From NCBI GenBank assembly GCA_963843795.1, contig CAWJLW010000010.1, positions 248,001 through 270,376 on the forward strand: a stretch of DNA of 22,376 nt, given 5' to 3'. Positions 1 through 11,491 of the stretch are shown piece after piece. A program made the translations under genes and the position numbers. The notes beneath the pieces were generated by a model. It searched no databases. It was given only the letters and a program-made list of their open reading frames with translations, and was not told the origin of the DNA. This stretch comes from an uncultured bacterium (GTDB lineage: Bacteria > Armatimonadota > Abditibacteriia > Abditibacteriales > Abditibacteriaceae). How positions within the stretch are numbered: position 1 is the stretch's first letter; every line of letters starts with the position of its first letter.

Positions 1-1175
1 CAGATTGCGTTCTTTCAAGCGCGCTTCAATTTCGCGCATTGGAAAACTCTGGGCCGGTATAGGAATGCGTCATTTCAAAAGTGCGCGGCTGCCCCAGCAC
101 TTGATGCAACACGTAATAGGCCGCGCCAATCGCCGTACCCGCATCGCCCGCTGCGGGTTGAATATAGATATCCTCGAAATCGGTTTCCGGCAAAATTTTG
201 CCATTGAACGAAGAATTCAAGGCCACGCCACCGGCCAGACAAAGCGCCTTTTTTCCGGTGCGTTTGGCCGCATCGCGCACGATGTGAAATTCGGCCTCTT
301 CCAACATCGCCTGCATCGAAGCCGCGACATCGTAATGTTTCTGCGTGTATTCGCTGCGCACAGCGCGCGGTTCGCCCAGTAATTTCACCACTTCGGGCGA
401 ATACAGCGTGCCAATCGTCGGCGAGCCATCGTCCCAACTCATCTCGACGCCTTGCGCGTGATGCACGAAATACTTGAGATCGAGTTCAAACTGTCCGTTG
501 GGCAGCAAGCGCACCATTTTGTGCATTTCTTCCAGATACTTCGGCTCGCCATACGGCGCTAAACCCTGCACTTTGCCCTCGTCGCCATAATTGGGAAAGC
601 CCAGCCACTGCGTGAGCGCGGTAAAAAAGATGCCCAGCGAATGCGGAAACAACACTTGGTCATCGACTTCAATTTTGTTATCTGCGCCCGACCCGACCAT
701 CGTGGAAACAAAGTCGCCCATGCCATCAATCGACAAAATCGCCGCATCTTGAAACGGCGAAACGAAAAACGCGCTCGCCATGTGCGCGCGATGATGCTCG
801 ACGCGATGAAATTCAGCTTTCAAGTCATCGACTTGAAGGCCCAATTCTTCGCACAAAGTACTCTTTCACATCTTTGACCGCGCCCATATTCTGCACGCGG
901 TCACGAATCGCGCCAAACGAAGGCCGCTTGCGGAGGGTGAATAGGACTTTTTGCGACAAATGCGCTTTGGGGTCGCGCGAAATCGCGACGTGATCGAGAT
1001 CATGCGCGGTGATGCCGGCTTGTTGCAGACAGAATTTGATGGATTCGGTGGGAAAACCGGCCCAATATTTCAAGCGACGAAAGCGTTCGTCTTCAACCGC
1101 CGCGAGCAGTTGTCCGTCGCGCACGATACAGGCGGAAGCGCCGCCGTGATAAGCGTTGATTCCAAGAATATGCAT
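1..1175 (-). pseudogene. Carbamoyltransferase, NodU/CmcH/TobZ family (3' part outside the window; two frameshifts)
   Basis: N-terminus MHILGINAYHG..SAC..DGQLLAAVEDERFRR, metal-binding VEHHRAHMASAF, SIDGMGD, EGKVQGLAPYG, LCLAGGVALNSSFN and QPAAGDAGTAIGAA are family motifs. ORFs 825..1175 and 26..856 join via an extra base near 855. A second extra base near 33 gives FSNA/EIEARLKERNL running off the edge. Confidence 0.93.
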
Positions 1176-1183
1176 AATTTTTG

Positions 1184-2197
1184 CTAATTCGTTTTTTTAC
1201 TTTTTTTAGATTGAACGTAAATACTATCTGCAAACAGCACCATCCAACGCAGGTAACGGCTCATAGCACGCAGAATTTCGGAAGTGCCAACGATAAGTTG
1301 GTGGGTGGGCGGTAGCGTATGCAAATCACTTTTTTGCACTCTAAGACCAAAGTAACCATCAACGGACAGTCGCGTCGGCCCGATATTTTCGGTGAATTCT
1401 TTTCTCATTTCGCGAAGATTCCAATATCGCACTTCAAAATCTTGGGCTTCGCGGAAACGTTCCTTGAACTGATGGTACAAGCAGCGAATGCCATAAATAT
1501 TGGGAAGTTGAATGAGGCAAGTGCCTTCGGATTTCAAGACTCGGCCTGCTTCTGCGATGCTGAGTTTGGCGTTCTCCTTACTGAAGTGCTGCAACACACT
1601 TTAAGAAAATACGACATCAAAAGTATGAGGTGCAAAAGGCAAATACCGAGCATCGGCCACTACGTAAATGGCATCAACTTTCAGGTGTTGGCTAACGCGC
1701 CGCGCCGCGACAACACTCTCCAAAGCCGGATCAATTCCCACGGGCTTGTAACCTTTGCGCGAGGCCGCCACGCACCAACGGCCCCGATTACAAACGACGT
1801 CGAGTAGGGTTTTGCCATTGCCGAGCGGCAGACGCATTTCGGGAATGGGATAGCACTTTAACTTGCCAGTTAGTGATGTGTACAAAATCCCGCAGGTCGC
1901 CACCACATTATTTTGGACGTGGGGATCAATCGTTTCATCATCGGCAGTCTGCACACTAACGTCATCTTCGAGACTAAGCTCGCCCTCAATAGAAGAAGCT
2001 AAGGGTAAAGCTGCCACACGATCCAATGTTGCACTGGTGTTCCACTGTGTGGGATCGACATCGTCCAACAACATGATGGGTATGCCGTCAACAACCGGGT
2101 AAACGTGACCATTGGGGCACACTAAAAAACTGCCCCGTCGCTGCAATTTTTGATGATCACGCGGACATACTAAATGTTCTAATAGCCAATTATCCAT
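1184..2197 (-). pseudogene. Class I SAM-dependent methyltransferase with N-terminal Trm112-like domain; in-frame TAA at 1601-1603
   Basis: N-terminus LLEHLVCPRDHQKL..LVCPNGHVYPVVDGIPIML is Trm112/YcaR-like. It is followed by a degenerate motif I (LLDVVCNRGRW), VGID, and VVADARYLPFAPHTFDVVFS*SVLQHF..EAGRVLKSEG. ORFs 1601..2197 and 1184..1597 share one frame, separated only by the TAA. Confidence 0.88.
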
Positions 2198-2215
2198 TCT
2201 TAACTCCCGATTTAA

Positions 2216-3367
2216 TTAAGGATTGATATTCAAACCAATCATTTTTTGATAATGTTCGTGCCAACGCGCGGCGATTTCGTTCCAATCGTAGTGCTGCCAG
2301 ACGAAATCACGCGCGCGATTTGCTGCTGATTCGCGCAGTTTATTATCACTCATCCAGCGCGAAATTTCGCGCGCCAACGCTTCGATACCCAAAGCGACAA
2401 CCGCGCCAACCCCAGCATTTTCGATTTCAGAGCCGATACCGACTTGATCGGAAACAATGACCGGCGTGCCGCAGGCCAAAGCTTCGACCACGGCATTGCC
2501 AAAATTTTCGTGATAGCTGGGCAAGACAAATAAATCGGCGCCCGCCAAAGCCGAGCGCAACATTTCGCCGGGCAGCATGCCCGTCAAAAATCACTTTATC
2601 AGCCACGCCGCATTGTTGCGCCAGCGCTTCAATTGTCGCTTGATAACTGTCTTCGTCCGGCCCCACGATGCACAAAACCGTATCGTCAAGTTTCGCTTGG
2701 GCAAATGCGGGAATCAGTAAATCTAGGCCTTTGATGGGATGCACGCGACCGACGAAAACAAGCGTACGCGCGACAGGGGCGGGCCGATAAGTTTGCGCGA
2801 AAAGTTCCGCGCGCGGCAAATCAAATCTTGTCAAATCAACGCCGTTAGGTTCGACAATCGCCGCCGTTTTCAAATTTAAGGACAGCGCGCCCTGTCGCTC
2901 CACTTCGCCGGTAAAATGCAGCGCTGAGGCGCCATTCAAATCGACTTTTTGCCGCCACGCATAATAAAATCGCTTCTTCCAACGCTTCTGATTCAAGCAC
3001 CACGCATCCAACATTCCGCACGGACGAATCAAATAAGGCTTGCTGTATCGACGTGCCAAAACGGCTGCGGAATGTTGCGGCTGTTCCCATAAGCCATGAA
3101 TATGCACGATATCGGCACGCTCAATATGCGCTGCAAGTCTTGCACCATCGTTTTTTGCGGTCGCAAAAGCGCAAGCGGTGGCACCAGATCGACAAAATCC
3201 ACACCGCTGTTTTCCAAAGCGCCGCGTTCAACCGATTGTACGGATTGATTGACCAACACACAAACCTCTTCGCCGATTCCTGCTTGCGCATTGGCCAGAC
3301 CGACCAAAGCCGAAACCGGGCCGCCGCGACGCGGATCGAGATTGGAAGTGACGTGAAGAATTTTCAT
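2216..3367 (-). pseudogene. Glycosyltransferase family 4 (GT-B); frameshifts near 3119 and 2586
   Basis: Three ORFs tile one GT4: MKILHVTSNLDPRRGGP; HIHGLW..PCGMLD..FVGRVHPIKGLDLL; ADLFVLPSYHENFGNAVVEALACGTPV (EX7E). Confidence 0.9.
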
Positions 3368-3371
3368 GCGC

Positions 3372-4483
3372 TCATCGTACGCATTCCAGATGCGATTTCA
3401 TCGTCGCTTGAAAAGTTTCAAAGGAGAACTTCTCGGCAAGTAGCTCCTGCAGACCGCGTTCGCCCATTTGCTGCATCCGTTCCGGTTTGCTAAGCAAAGA
3501 TTTCAATGCGCGCGCCACTTCATCAGAGCTTTGCGGATTAATGGTCAAGCCAGTTTCGCCATTTTTCACTACTTCGACCGAAGCATCCTGATTGCCACAA
3601 ACCACCGCTTTGCCATAACACATCGCTTCCAAAAACACGAAACCAAAACCCTCAAAACGAGAAGGCATCACGAACAGTGAGGCCTCTTGGTATCGCTTCA
3701 CCAGTTCATCGTGCGCAACTGCGCCATGAAATTTCACATTGGGCGCCACTCCGGCTTCCTGCGCCAATTTTTCCAATTTGACGCGTCCATCGCCATCGCC
3801 GACGATATGATAAATCAAATCGGGAAATGATGACAAAATTTGCGGCACGCGCGCAGTACGACATCGTGGCCTTTGTATTGTTCGCTCAAACTCAAGCGCG
3901 CCACAGTGAGAAGCGAGGGATTTTGGGCACTGCCAGTACTTGCAGCGTGCTTTGGCGACACGAAAGCCGGATCGATGCAATTGTGCAGAATCTTGATTTT
4001 CTGCGCCGCAATGCCATTAACTTCAGCGGCGTGGCGAGCGGTAAATTGGCTGATGGAAATTATCAAATCGCTGGCGTTCAAGCTTTGGCGTCTGATCTTG
4101 GAAAGCGGCTGCCAAGCGTCGATACCGTAGATGAAGCTGACCATTTTAGCACCCGACAATCGTGTAACTACTTGCGCTAAGGGTGCGAAATTGGGATGAC
4201 CGCACAAGATTAATCGTGGTTTCTGCAGTGCGGCCTTGAAAGCTAAACGCAGAAATTTTTTGCGATTGCCGCTGCACGGAAAATAATGCGAGCGTTTGAG
4301 TTCGTTGCGCGCGCTGTCGATGCCGGATTTTTGATCGAGCAGCGAAACAATTTGCAGCGCATCGCCCTGAGTTTCCAATGCGCGTGTTACCATGCGACAA
4401 TAGCGTGCGATGCCGCTGGGCGGGCCGAATAAATCGGGGACGAGATAAAGAATGCGTGGGTCGCCAGCGTTTTGAGACCTCAT
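3372..4483 (-). pseudogene. Glycosyltransferase family 4; frameshift near 3850
   Basis: RILYLVPDLFGPPSGIARY; LLTVARLSLSEQYKGHDVVLRA continues in the other frame as VPQILSSFPDL..VGDGD..FVMPSRFEGFGFVFLEAM (EX7E). The ATG overlaps the upstream TGA (ATGA at 4480-4483). Confidence 0.9.
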
Positions 4484-6030
4484 GGTGTGGCCTCAAATTT
4501 ACGCTTTTGCGGCACCAGATGGCGCAAGTCTCGCGGATTTTTGGGCGTGGCGCTCCAAGAGTGCGCGAACGGCCTGATAATGATGGCGCTGCCGATGATA
4601 CGAGGCAGCAACGCGCTGAAAAGCAGCGCGGTCTGGGTGCCGATACCATTCAAGAAGAAAATCATCACCGATAGATAAATTGCCCTGCCACCTTCGCTAC
4701 GCGGCCCGTTGAGCACGATGCTGACTAAAGCCAGAAACATACCTTGTAAAGCCAAAATTGGTATTATGCCCCACGCACCAAAGTTGGCGTAGGCTTCGGG
4801 CAAAAGTCCAATACCAATTGTGGCAATGCCAACTTGTTGCGGCATCAAGAAGTCGTAGCTGACCGCAAGCACATCGGTGGCATCGGAGGCAGTGGGCTTG
4901 TCCGGCCATAACACACGAGGAATCCATCCATAAAACAAATAACTATAAGTCGAGCCATCGAAATACGAGACATAGTGCGGCGTCATGTTGTGAATGTAAA
5001 CGAATTGATGCAGCAAATCAAAGCGCTGCAATGATACTTGCCACGGCGATTCCGACTCGTCGGCAGCCTGACCTTGCAAAGTTTGCTGCGCCAAATTCTG
5101 GCTCAGTTCGAGCCAGATGCCGATGCGCTGATCGAAAGACAAACTTTCAGCGCTCCACCAGGTTCGCTGGCGATATTCACCTTTGACCGAATTCAACAGA
5201 AAAAATGACATAAGGCCGATAAGCAGCCAACCGATGGGCAAGCGCTGCTTGACTTGCCAGCGCACAATAAAAGCATTGCCAGAGGAATCAGGACGACTTC
5301 GAGCATACCCTGCGCCAATCCATATAATATGGCTACGGAGACCGCAAACCAGAGTAAGGGTTTTTCCGGAGCCGTCGCGGTACCAGTGTAGGCGCGGAAG
5401 GACAGCAAGATAATGGCAATATAAATCTGGGCAAAAGCCAGACGCGAAAAGCCGCCATACCGCCACCCGGCAATTGGACATTGGCCATCTGCAACGCAAT
5501 CAGCAACGCGCCAGATGCGACTGCAAGTTGGACATAAAGGGTAAATTTCGGCAGACTCAGCGGCAAATCCGACGGCGCATGTTGGCCCAGCCCCGCCAGC
5601 GGTTCAGCAAATCATAGCCGACGATGAAAAACACGATGCCCAGCAAAGCCACGCACAAGGTAGAAAAAGTTTCGTCCCAGGTAAAAGAAGTGATTTGACT
5701 GTAGATGATAATATCGTTGTTTTGCGTGTAGATCGGCAGCCCAAATGCCAGCCAATAAGCGACACAAATCATCTCGAACATTGGTAGCGAACCATTGCGC
5801 GCGGCAATCCATCGTGTGAGCGGAAAAAAGCAAGCGGCACCGATAAAAATGCCAACGATGTGCACATCTAAAGGCACCGGCTCGACTTGCACAAAGCTGA
5901 AGACGATTGCGTAAGGAGGAGAAAAGCGACGTATAGTATCCACACGCGATAAAACGAATGACGCAATTGAGGCCGCAGATAGGAATTGGACGATGAAGCG
6001 ACCGGAGCGGTTGCCAAAGGGAAATTTCAT
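4480..6030 (-). pseudogene. Polytopic membrane protein, probable Wzy-like polysaccharide polymerase; at least three frameshifts (~5575, ~5435, ~5270)
   Basis: Hydrophobic segments run through ORFs 5557..6030, 5333..5566, 5193..5408 and 4480..5499, totalling about 515 codons. A late loop (WIPRVLWPDKP..GLLPEAYANFGAWG) is typical of Wzy/O-antigen-polymerase-like proteins, and the gene sits in a Wzx-containing locus. Confidence 0.7.
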
Positions 6031-7313
6031 ACCAAAGAGTTTGCCTTGAGCGGCATAGCAATGACATCACTTTTGTGAACAGTTGCCTTAGCAGCCAATT
6101 TAATCATATTTTCTAAGCATTGCCTATCAGTGCCATTTTCGAGTTTTTTAATAAACGTAAGCAAGAAATATGTTTTTGCTGATGAAATTTTTGCTATTAA
6201 GATGATGAAGTCAAGCCCAAATCGCGAAGTTTTAGAATACAGCACGTCAATGATGCGATTTTTGTAATCGTATTTCGATTTCACACAGCGATTATAACCG
6301 GCGACAGCGATTTTTTCACGCGCGTTTTCATTTTGTAAGTAAAATTTCACTTTATCGACTAATTCTTCTTTGGAACTGAAAATTTCCGCTTCTTTACCTT
6401 CTGCAAAAAATTCGCAATGTTCCTCAGTGCGATCCGCGATCATCATGCTGCCACAAGCTGGAATTTCAAAAGTGCGCGTCGTGTGTTGATCGGGACACAC
6501 ATGACGTAAAAACCCGACACTAATGCGTGCGCCCGAAAGCGCATAAGCATATTTGTCGCCATAGACTTCATTGCTTTGTAAGGCTTTGGCAAGGCGCGCG
6601 TTTTTGTGGATATGAAACGAGTCGCGTCCCGCCAAACTTTTCAAGCGCAGGGCGCGACGCGGCGACCATTTGCCATCAACCAGATGATCCCAGGCATAAC
6701 CCCAGATCTTCAAATTGCAGTTGGTTTGCGCTATGGCATCCAACAACTCTTCGCGACGCGGCTCCCAGCCACCCAAGAAGCCTACATCACTATTAAAAGC
6801 GCCGCGCATTTGTGCATTGGCCGGTGAAATCGGACGGTGCACCGCTTCGGCAAAGCCCAGCGGCATATAAATGACGTGGCGGCAAGTGCGCCGGTACTCG
6901 TCCAGTTCATACTGCTTGGACGTGACGACGAAATCGAAAATCGTCATGCCCTCGTCCATCAGCGGCGTGCGCTTCCACGATAGCGTGAAATAAGGGTCGG
7001 GCGTAAAATGCAGCAAACGTGTGCCCGCGCTTTGAATCTCGCGCAGAGTGTTGGGGCACAAGTATTCCTGTTTCTCGGCCCACAACAAATCGGGTTTATG
7101 TTCTTTGGCCAGAGCGAGCAAGTCGGCGTTGAGCTTTGAAACCACCGGCCCGCGCGCCAGCTTTTGTTGAACGCGCCGCGCCGCGTAAGATGCCGCGTTC
7201 CAGCCCTTTTGCGAATCGAGCGGAACGATGTCGTGACCAAGTTCTGCAAGTACTTGCATCCGCATCCGCGTGGTTTGGCCTTCGCCGAGTTGTCCGACAA
7301 AGAGAATTTTCAT
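6027..7313 (-). CDS. CgeB-like GT-B glycosyltransferase (with an atypical ~70-aa C-terminal tail)
   Basis: MKILFVG start overlapping the upstream TGA (7310-7313); HFTPDP, SDVGFLGGWEPRR, DQHTTRTFEIPACG..ADRTEEH..F..GKEA..FSSKEELVDKVKFYL are CgeB-family motifs. Confidence 0.85.
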   Translation of the reverse strand: MKILFVGQLGEGQTTRMRMQVLAELGHDIVPLDSQKGWNAASYAARRVQQKLARGPVVSKLNADLLALAKEHKPDLLWAEKQEYLCPNTLREIQSAGTRLLHFTPDPYFTLSWKRTPLMDEGMTIFDFVVTSKQYELDEYRRTCRHVIYMPLGFAEAVHRPISPANAQMRGAFNSDVGFLGGWEPRREELLDAIAQTNCNLKIWGYAWDHLVDGKWSPRRALRLKSLAGRDSFHIHKNARLAKALQSNEVYGDKYAYALSGARISVGFLRHVCPDQHTTRTFEIPACGSMMIADRTEEHCEFFAEGKEAEIFSSKEELVDKVKFYLQNENAREKIAVAGYNRCVKSKYDYKNRIIDVLYSKTSRFGLDFIILIAKISSAKTYFLLTFIKKLENGTDRQCLENMIKLAAKATVHKSDVIAMPLKANSLV

Positions 7314-8422
7314 CGTGCGTTTATCGCTTCTTCCCACCAATCCAGCATCTGCCGCGCGTTAGCGACGGGATCGCAGTGCTGTTGCAACCAGGCGCGTCCC
7401 GCTGTGATGCGCCGCGTTTTTTCTTCGTGCGTCATGGCGAAAACTTCGCGCAGGGTTCGCGCCAGACTGTCGCCGTTCGGCTCATCGAATAACAGACCGC
7501 CGCCGCTCTGTTCGATAACCTCGGCTGGCCCGCCCGAACCGGCCCACGCGACTGGTAAAGTTCTCGCATCCCACGCCTCGAAGACCACGCGACCCAACGG
7601 CTCGCCGCGCGACGGACAAACCTGCGCCGCACAAAGCGCTAAGTGTGCGGTTGCTTGTGCTTGAAAACCAGCCCAGCAAACCTGCTCTCCCACGCCCAAC
7701 TCGTTAGACAAACGCTTTAATTCATCGCCGAAGTCATCGCCCGGCCCAGCCTCTCCCACGAACAGCGCGCGTACCGCAATGCTTTCGCGTTGAAGAACTG
7801 CCAACGCCTCAAGAAGAATATCTTGCCCTTTAATGCGTGCCAATCGCCCCACACAACTTAAGACCGGCGCATGGTTATCAAAGGGGAAATCGAAACCGCT
7901 TACCTGAGTTTGAGCTTGCGGCTCGTAAGGATCGTAAATCATTTCCAGTTGTGCGGGCGTCACCGCACTTTGCTCATCGAAAGCGCGACGTATAGTGTGG
8001 CTGATGCATAGCACTTTGGGCAACGCCTGCGCCGAAGCGTGCAAAGACGCAACGTAGGCCACATCTTCTATCAAGCGAACGTGAGTCACGACCGGCACAC
8101 GCGAGATACGTCCCACAGCCAGCGCGATGCGCGTAGCACCCGCCTGATTGACGTAAATCACAGCGGGCCGGAAGCGTCGTGCCGTGTGCAGCAAGTCCCA
8201 CGTCGCGCCCACTCGTTGGGTGCGGCTTTGCAAGTGCAGATTGGCACGAAACGTCGGAAACACTTCAACCGGCAGTGCGCTCAGCGGCTCTAAAATCGGC
8301 GTATTGGGTGGGCAGCACACGCCGATTTGCCACTTTGAAGCGGACGCCGCGCGCAAAAAATCGAGCAGCACCCGCTCAGAACCCCATAGATTACCGGATG
8401 GCTCGACAATGAGAACGCGCAT
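7310..8422 (-). CDS. Glycosyltransferase family 4 (GT-B)
   Basis: MRVLIVEPSGNLWGSER, CVGRLARIKGQDILLEA, PSRGEPLGRVVFEAW (EX7E). The frame is open up to an ATG at 8488; 8422 is chosen because it begins the canonical first beta-strand. Confidence 0.88.
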   Translation of the reverse strand: MRVLIVEPSGNLWGSERVLLDFLRAASASKWQIGVCCPPNTPILEPLSALPVEVFPTFRANLHLQSRTQRVGATWDLLHTARRFRPAVIYVNQAGATRIALAVGRISRVPVVTHVRLIEDVAYVASLHASAQALPKVLCISHTIRRAFDEQSAVTPAQLEMIYDPYEPQAQTQVSGFDFPFDNHAPVLSCVGRLARIKGQDILLEALAVLQRESIAVRALFVGEAGPGDDFGDELKRLSNELGVGEQVCWAGFQAQATAHLALCAAQVCPSRGEPLGRVVFEAWDARTLPVAWAGSGGPAEVIEQSGGGLLFDEPNGDSLARTLREVFAMTHEEKTRRITAGRAWLQQHCDPVANARQMLDWWEEAINAR

Positions 8423-8480
8423 ATCAGAATCATGATCGTGCAAGTACCTGCACAGCATTTTAAACCTTGGCTCACGCTGA

Positions 8481-9194
8481 TTAAGCATTTAACACGATCT
8501 CATCAAGTTTCCATAATCCCAAACACTTGCCGACGTTTTTGCCGTCCGGGTCGAAGCATTGTTCATCAATGACTTTGATTGGGCGGGGCAGAGAAAATGG
8601 CGCGACTTCAAGATTGATCGGACGCCAGCCACCGGTAACAATATTCATATTTTCCTTTTCTTGTGGATACGTTGTGGTCAGCAAGTACTTCGAGCCGCTT
8701 TTTTGCAAATCGCCAAGCGCAGCAAACACCATCTGATAAGACAGATGCACCTGGCAATCACGACATAGCACGATATCCACTTCTGGTATAGCATCGCTGG
8801 TCAAATCGAGTTGCACGAAACTTCTTCCTTCGTTACCAAATAGTTTTTGATTACGCTCGATAATTTCCGCGACGATATCAGCACCGATGTAGCGCTCCAA
8901 AGGCAGTGACAATTCTTTCATCCAGTTGAAATCGCCGCAGGGCGCATCAAGCAGCGATTTGGCCCCAAGTTCTTCCAACAAACCGGGAAGTCGCGCACGC
9001 ACGACTTCAGTTTGCGCTAGAGTGGAGCCGGGACCGGAAACCGATTTCTTGCTGTCCCATTCGTTACGATGATAAATGCCCGCAAACACTTGATATATGG
9101 GCCGCTTTCCCAAAGTTTGCTGACGAAATCGTCGGTAGAGATTTGCTCAGGCGAGTAAATGGCACTTGCAAAAATCAATCGGGTTTCTACTCAT
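8481..9194 (-). pseudogene. Class I SAM-dependent methyltransferase; in-frame TGA at 9147-9149 after the ATG at 9194 (an intact 210-aa product from TTG 9113 is possible)
   Basis: VF..IY..NEW....SVSGPGST, SLLDAPCGDFNWM, YIGADIV, DIVLCRDC.VHL, WRPINL..APF. The ATG at 9194 is in frame with ORF 8481..9113 and lies 13 nt after the upstream stop. Confidence 0.8.
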
Positions 9195-9207
9195 AATTAT
9201 TTTCTGC

Positions 9208-10394
9208 TCAATTTGCGTGCGGTTGCTTTACATTAGCGATTTTTTCTAACAACGGTTGCATTTGCCGTTCGTAATTATATTCATCCAAATGCAAAGCGCG
9301 GGCTTTGTGAAAAACTTCGCGGCACAAATCTTCATTTTCCAAATAGCGGCTGATAGTTTTTCCAATCGCTTTGGCGTCATCATAAGACGCAGTCGTCGCT
9401 ACGCCAGTCTGCTCAAACAGCTCTTGAACACCGGGCAAAGGATTAGTCACCTGCGGGATGCCAGCGCGACATATTCAAAACGCTTGTTGCTGGCTCCGGC
9501 GGATAATCCCCACTGCAAATATTGACCATCCAAAAACGATACGCCCACGCTTGCACCTATTGCCCAGGAGAACACTTCGTCATAGGGCACACGACCGATG
9601 AAAAGCAAACGTTCTTTAGCATCTTGTGCTTCAGCCAGAACCTCAAGTTCGCACTTGTATTCATCGTCAACGGCCCCGACAATAACGAAGATTGCATCAG
9701 TCGGCCAGAATCTCATCGAGGCGATAATCTCCTCGAAATTATGATCCGGCCCGACCGCGCCCTGATAATGCACAATGCGCGTCGTATTGATGCTGCGCTC
9801 GCGCAAAAACGGTAGCAAGCGCGATTCCGGCAGCGTTTCCAGACGACGCGGACAATTCATTACGACCATCGGCAGTTCTTTCAGACCCACTGTTTTTTGT
9901 AACCATTGGGCACGATGCAAATCCGGCATCACCACCAAATCGGCGAGATGCAAAGTTTTCATAGTCAAGCGCAACGCGAAGCGTCCTACCAAACTATTTT
10001 CCACATATTCCGGCATTGGCATTTCGTGTAAGTGCGCAATGTGCACCATATGGTGTGCACGCTTGCTTTGCAGCAGCCAAAAAATCGCTTCGGGGTCGTA
10101 AGCGATGGCGACAGTTGGCTTTCTACTCAGTTGGCGATTGAATTCACGATAAAACCGGCGCACCCAATTTAAGCGCACCAAAACATTTTGAAGACGCGAG
10201 GACGGCGGTTTCCGTAATACACGCACCCGCTCTATGTCCGGCAACGTTAAAGTGCGGCCCGCTTCCGCTTCGGTGATGGCATCCAACACTGTTACATCGG
10301 CGACCTGACTCAACAGCGTGGCTTGGTTGAGTGTGGGTGGATAGCCTTCGACACAAGCGCGCTGAGTCAATAAAATCTTGCTTTGCCCGCTCAT
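9208..10394 (-). pseudogene. Glycosyltransferase (GT4-like); frameshift near 9461
   Basis: Starts MSGQSKILL at an ATGA overlap (10391-10394); GYPP, YQGAVGPD, FIGRVPYDE and GASNKRFEYVAL continue in the other frame as (G)IPQVTNPLPG..YNYERQ. Confidence 0.85.
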
Positions 10395-11491
10395 AAAGTC
10401 GTTTGTGCCGCCATAATTTTCAACAAAAAACACTCGATAGTTTGCACAGAACTAATTTCCTGAAAAAGCATTTGGGCATCTGCACAGCGTTCCCAATAAG
10501 TCTGCTCGTTATCTTCCATCAGTCTTGTCATGGCTACGCTTAAGGCTTCACTATCTCGTGCTGGCACTAAGAGAGCGCACGGTCGATTTTCAAATATCTC
10601 AGGAATTGAACCAACGCGCGTGGCAATAATCGGCTTACCGCGCGCGCAGACTTCCAGCAAAGATAAAGGATAGCCCTCGTGTAGTGAGGGCAGCACAAAA
10701 GCAACGCAAGTGGCGATGGCCTGCTCGTACTCATCCTCACTCACATAGCCACGAATATCAATGGCAGGGATGCCCTGAGCCAGACGGTTCACTGCCTCGA
10801 TATCACCGCCACCACAAATCGTTAAGCGCGCCGTCGGATGCTGTTGCTGAAATTTTTGAAACGCTTGAAAAAGATACTCGAATCCTTTATCCATGTCCAT
10901 GCGGCCCACATATAGAAAGTGACCGTTGCGCGTATTATATGACGGCACAACTGTAGTCGGCGCTTCGCACCAAAACGGCAAGCGTAGCATAGGGCCATCG
11001 TATTGATAAGTGCTGCTGACATTGCGGCTCACGATTTCTGAAGGCGCCAAAACTCCCGTGGCCCGGTGCAAGTACTTGCCGATCTCTTTGTCGACAAATT
11101 TAACATGTGGGAGTGCTTCGGTCGTCTCCCAAAGATAAATTGGTGCCGTGCGTGGCAACTGCAATAAAAAGCGAGCTTCTATAGATAAGCTCACACTATG
11201 AATCAAAGCGGGCCGCTCACGACACGCCGATTGGTAAATTTGTTGGGCCAGTTGCTTTTGCGGCAAATTGTAGCGCCAGCCTTTGTTGAAGCGCGGTGTT
11301 ACGATTTCGATGTTTTGTTTGCTCAGACGGGCGACATTTTCCGCATCGGGCGGCAGTGTCACAAACAAACGCACACGTTTCTGCATGCGCACATAAGCTT
11401 CGCAAAGCAAGCGCGTCGCTTTGGCTGCACCACCAACTTCCCCGACCTGTGATGACAAAACATAAATTATATCGTTAGTCGTAGACTTCAT
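10391..11491 (-). CDS. Glycosyltransferase family 4
   Basis: Intact 366-aa ORF: VGGA, FLYVGRMDMDKG, FVLPSLHEGYPLSLLE..ARGKPIIATRVGSIPE. Confidence 0.92.
   Translation of the reverse strand: MKSTTNDIIYVLSSQVGEVGGAAKATRLLCEAYVRMQKRVRLFVTLPPDAENVARLSKQNIEIVTPRFNKGWRYNLPQKQLAQQIYQSACRERPALIHSVSLSIEARFLLQLPRTAPIYLWETTEALPHVKFVDKEIGKYLHRATGVLAPSEIVSRNVSSTYQYDGPMLRLPFWCEAPTTVVPSYNTRNGHFLYVGRMDMDKGFEYLFQAFQKFQQQHPTARLTICGGGDIEAVNRLAQGIPAIDIRGYVSEDEYEQAIATCVAFVLPSLHEGYPLSLLEVCARGKPIIATRVGSIPEIFENRPCALLVPARDSEALSVAMTRLMEDNEQTYWERCADAQMLFQEISSVQTIECFLLKIMAAQTTL

Noticed and set aside
1190..1208. Two adjacent T-runs (poly-A on the coding strand) as a phase-variable tract or terminator
   Set aside because: They encode the lysine-rich last residues (SKKSKKTN) of the methyltransferase, where slippage would have little effect, and there is no adjacent hairpin.
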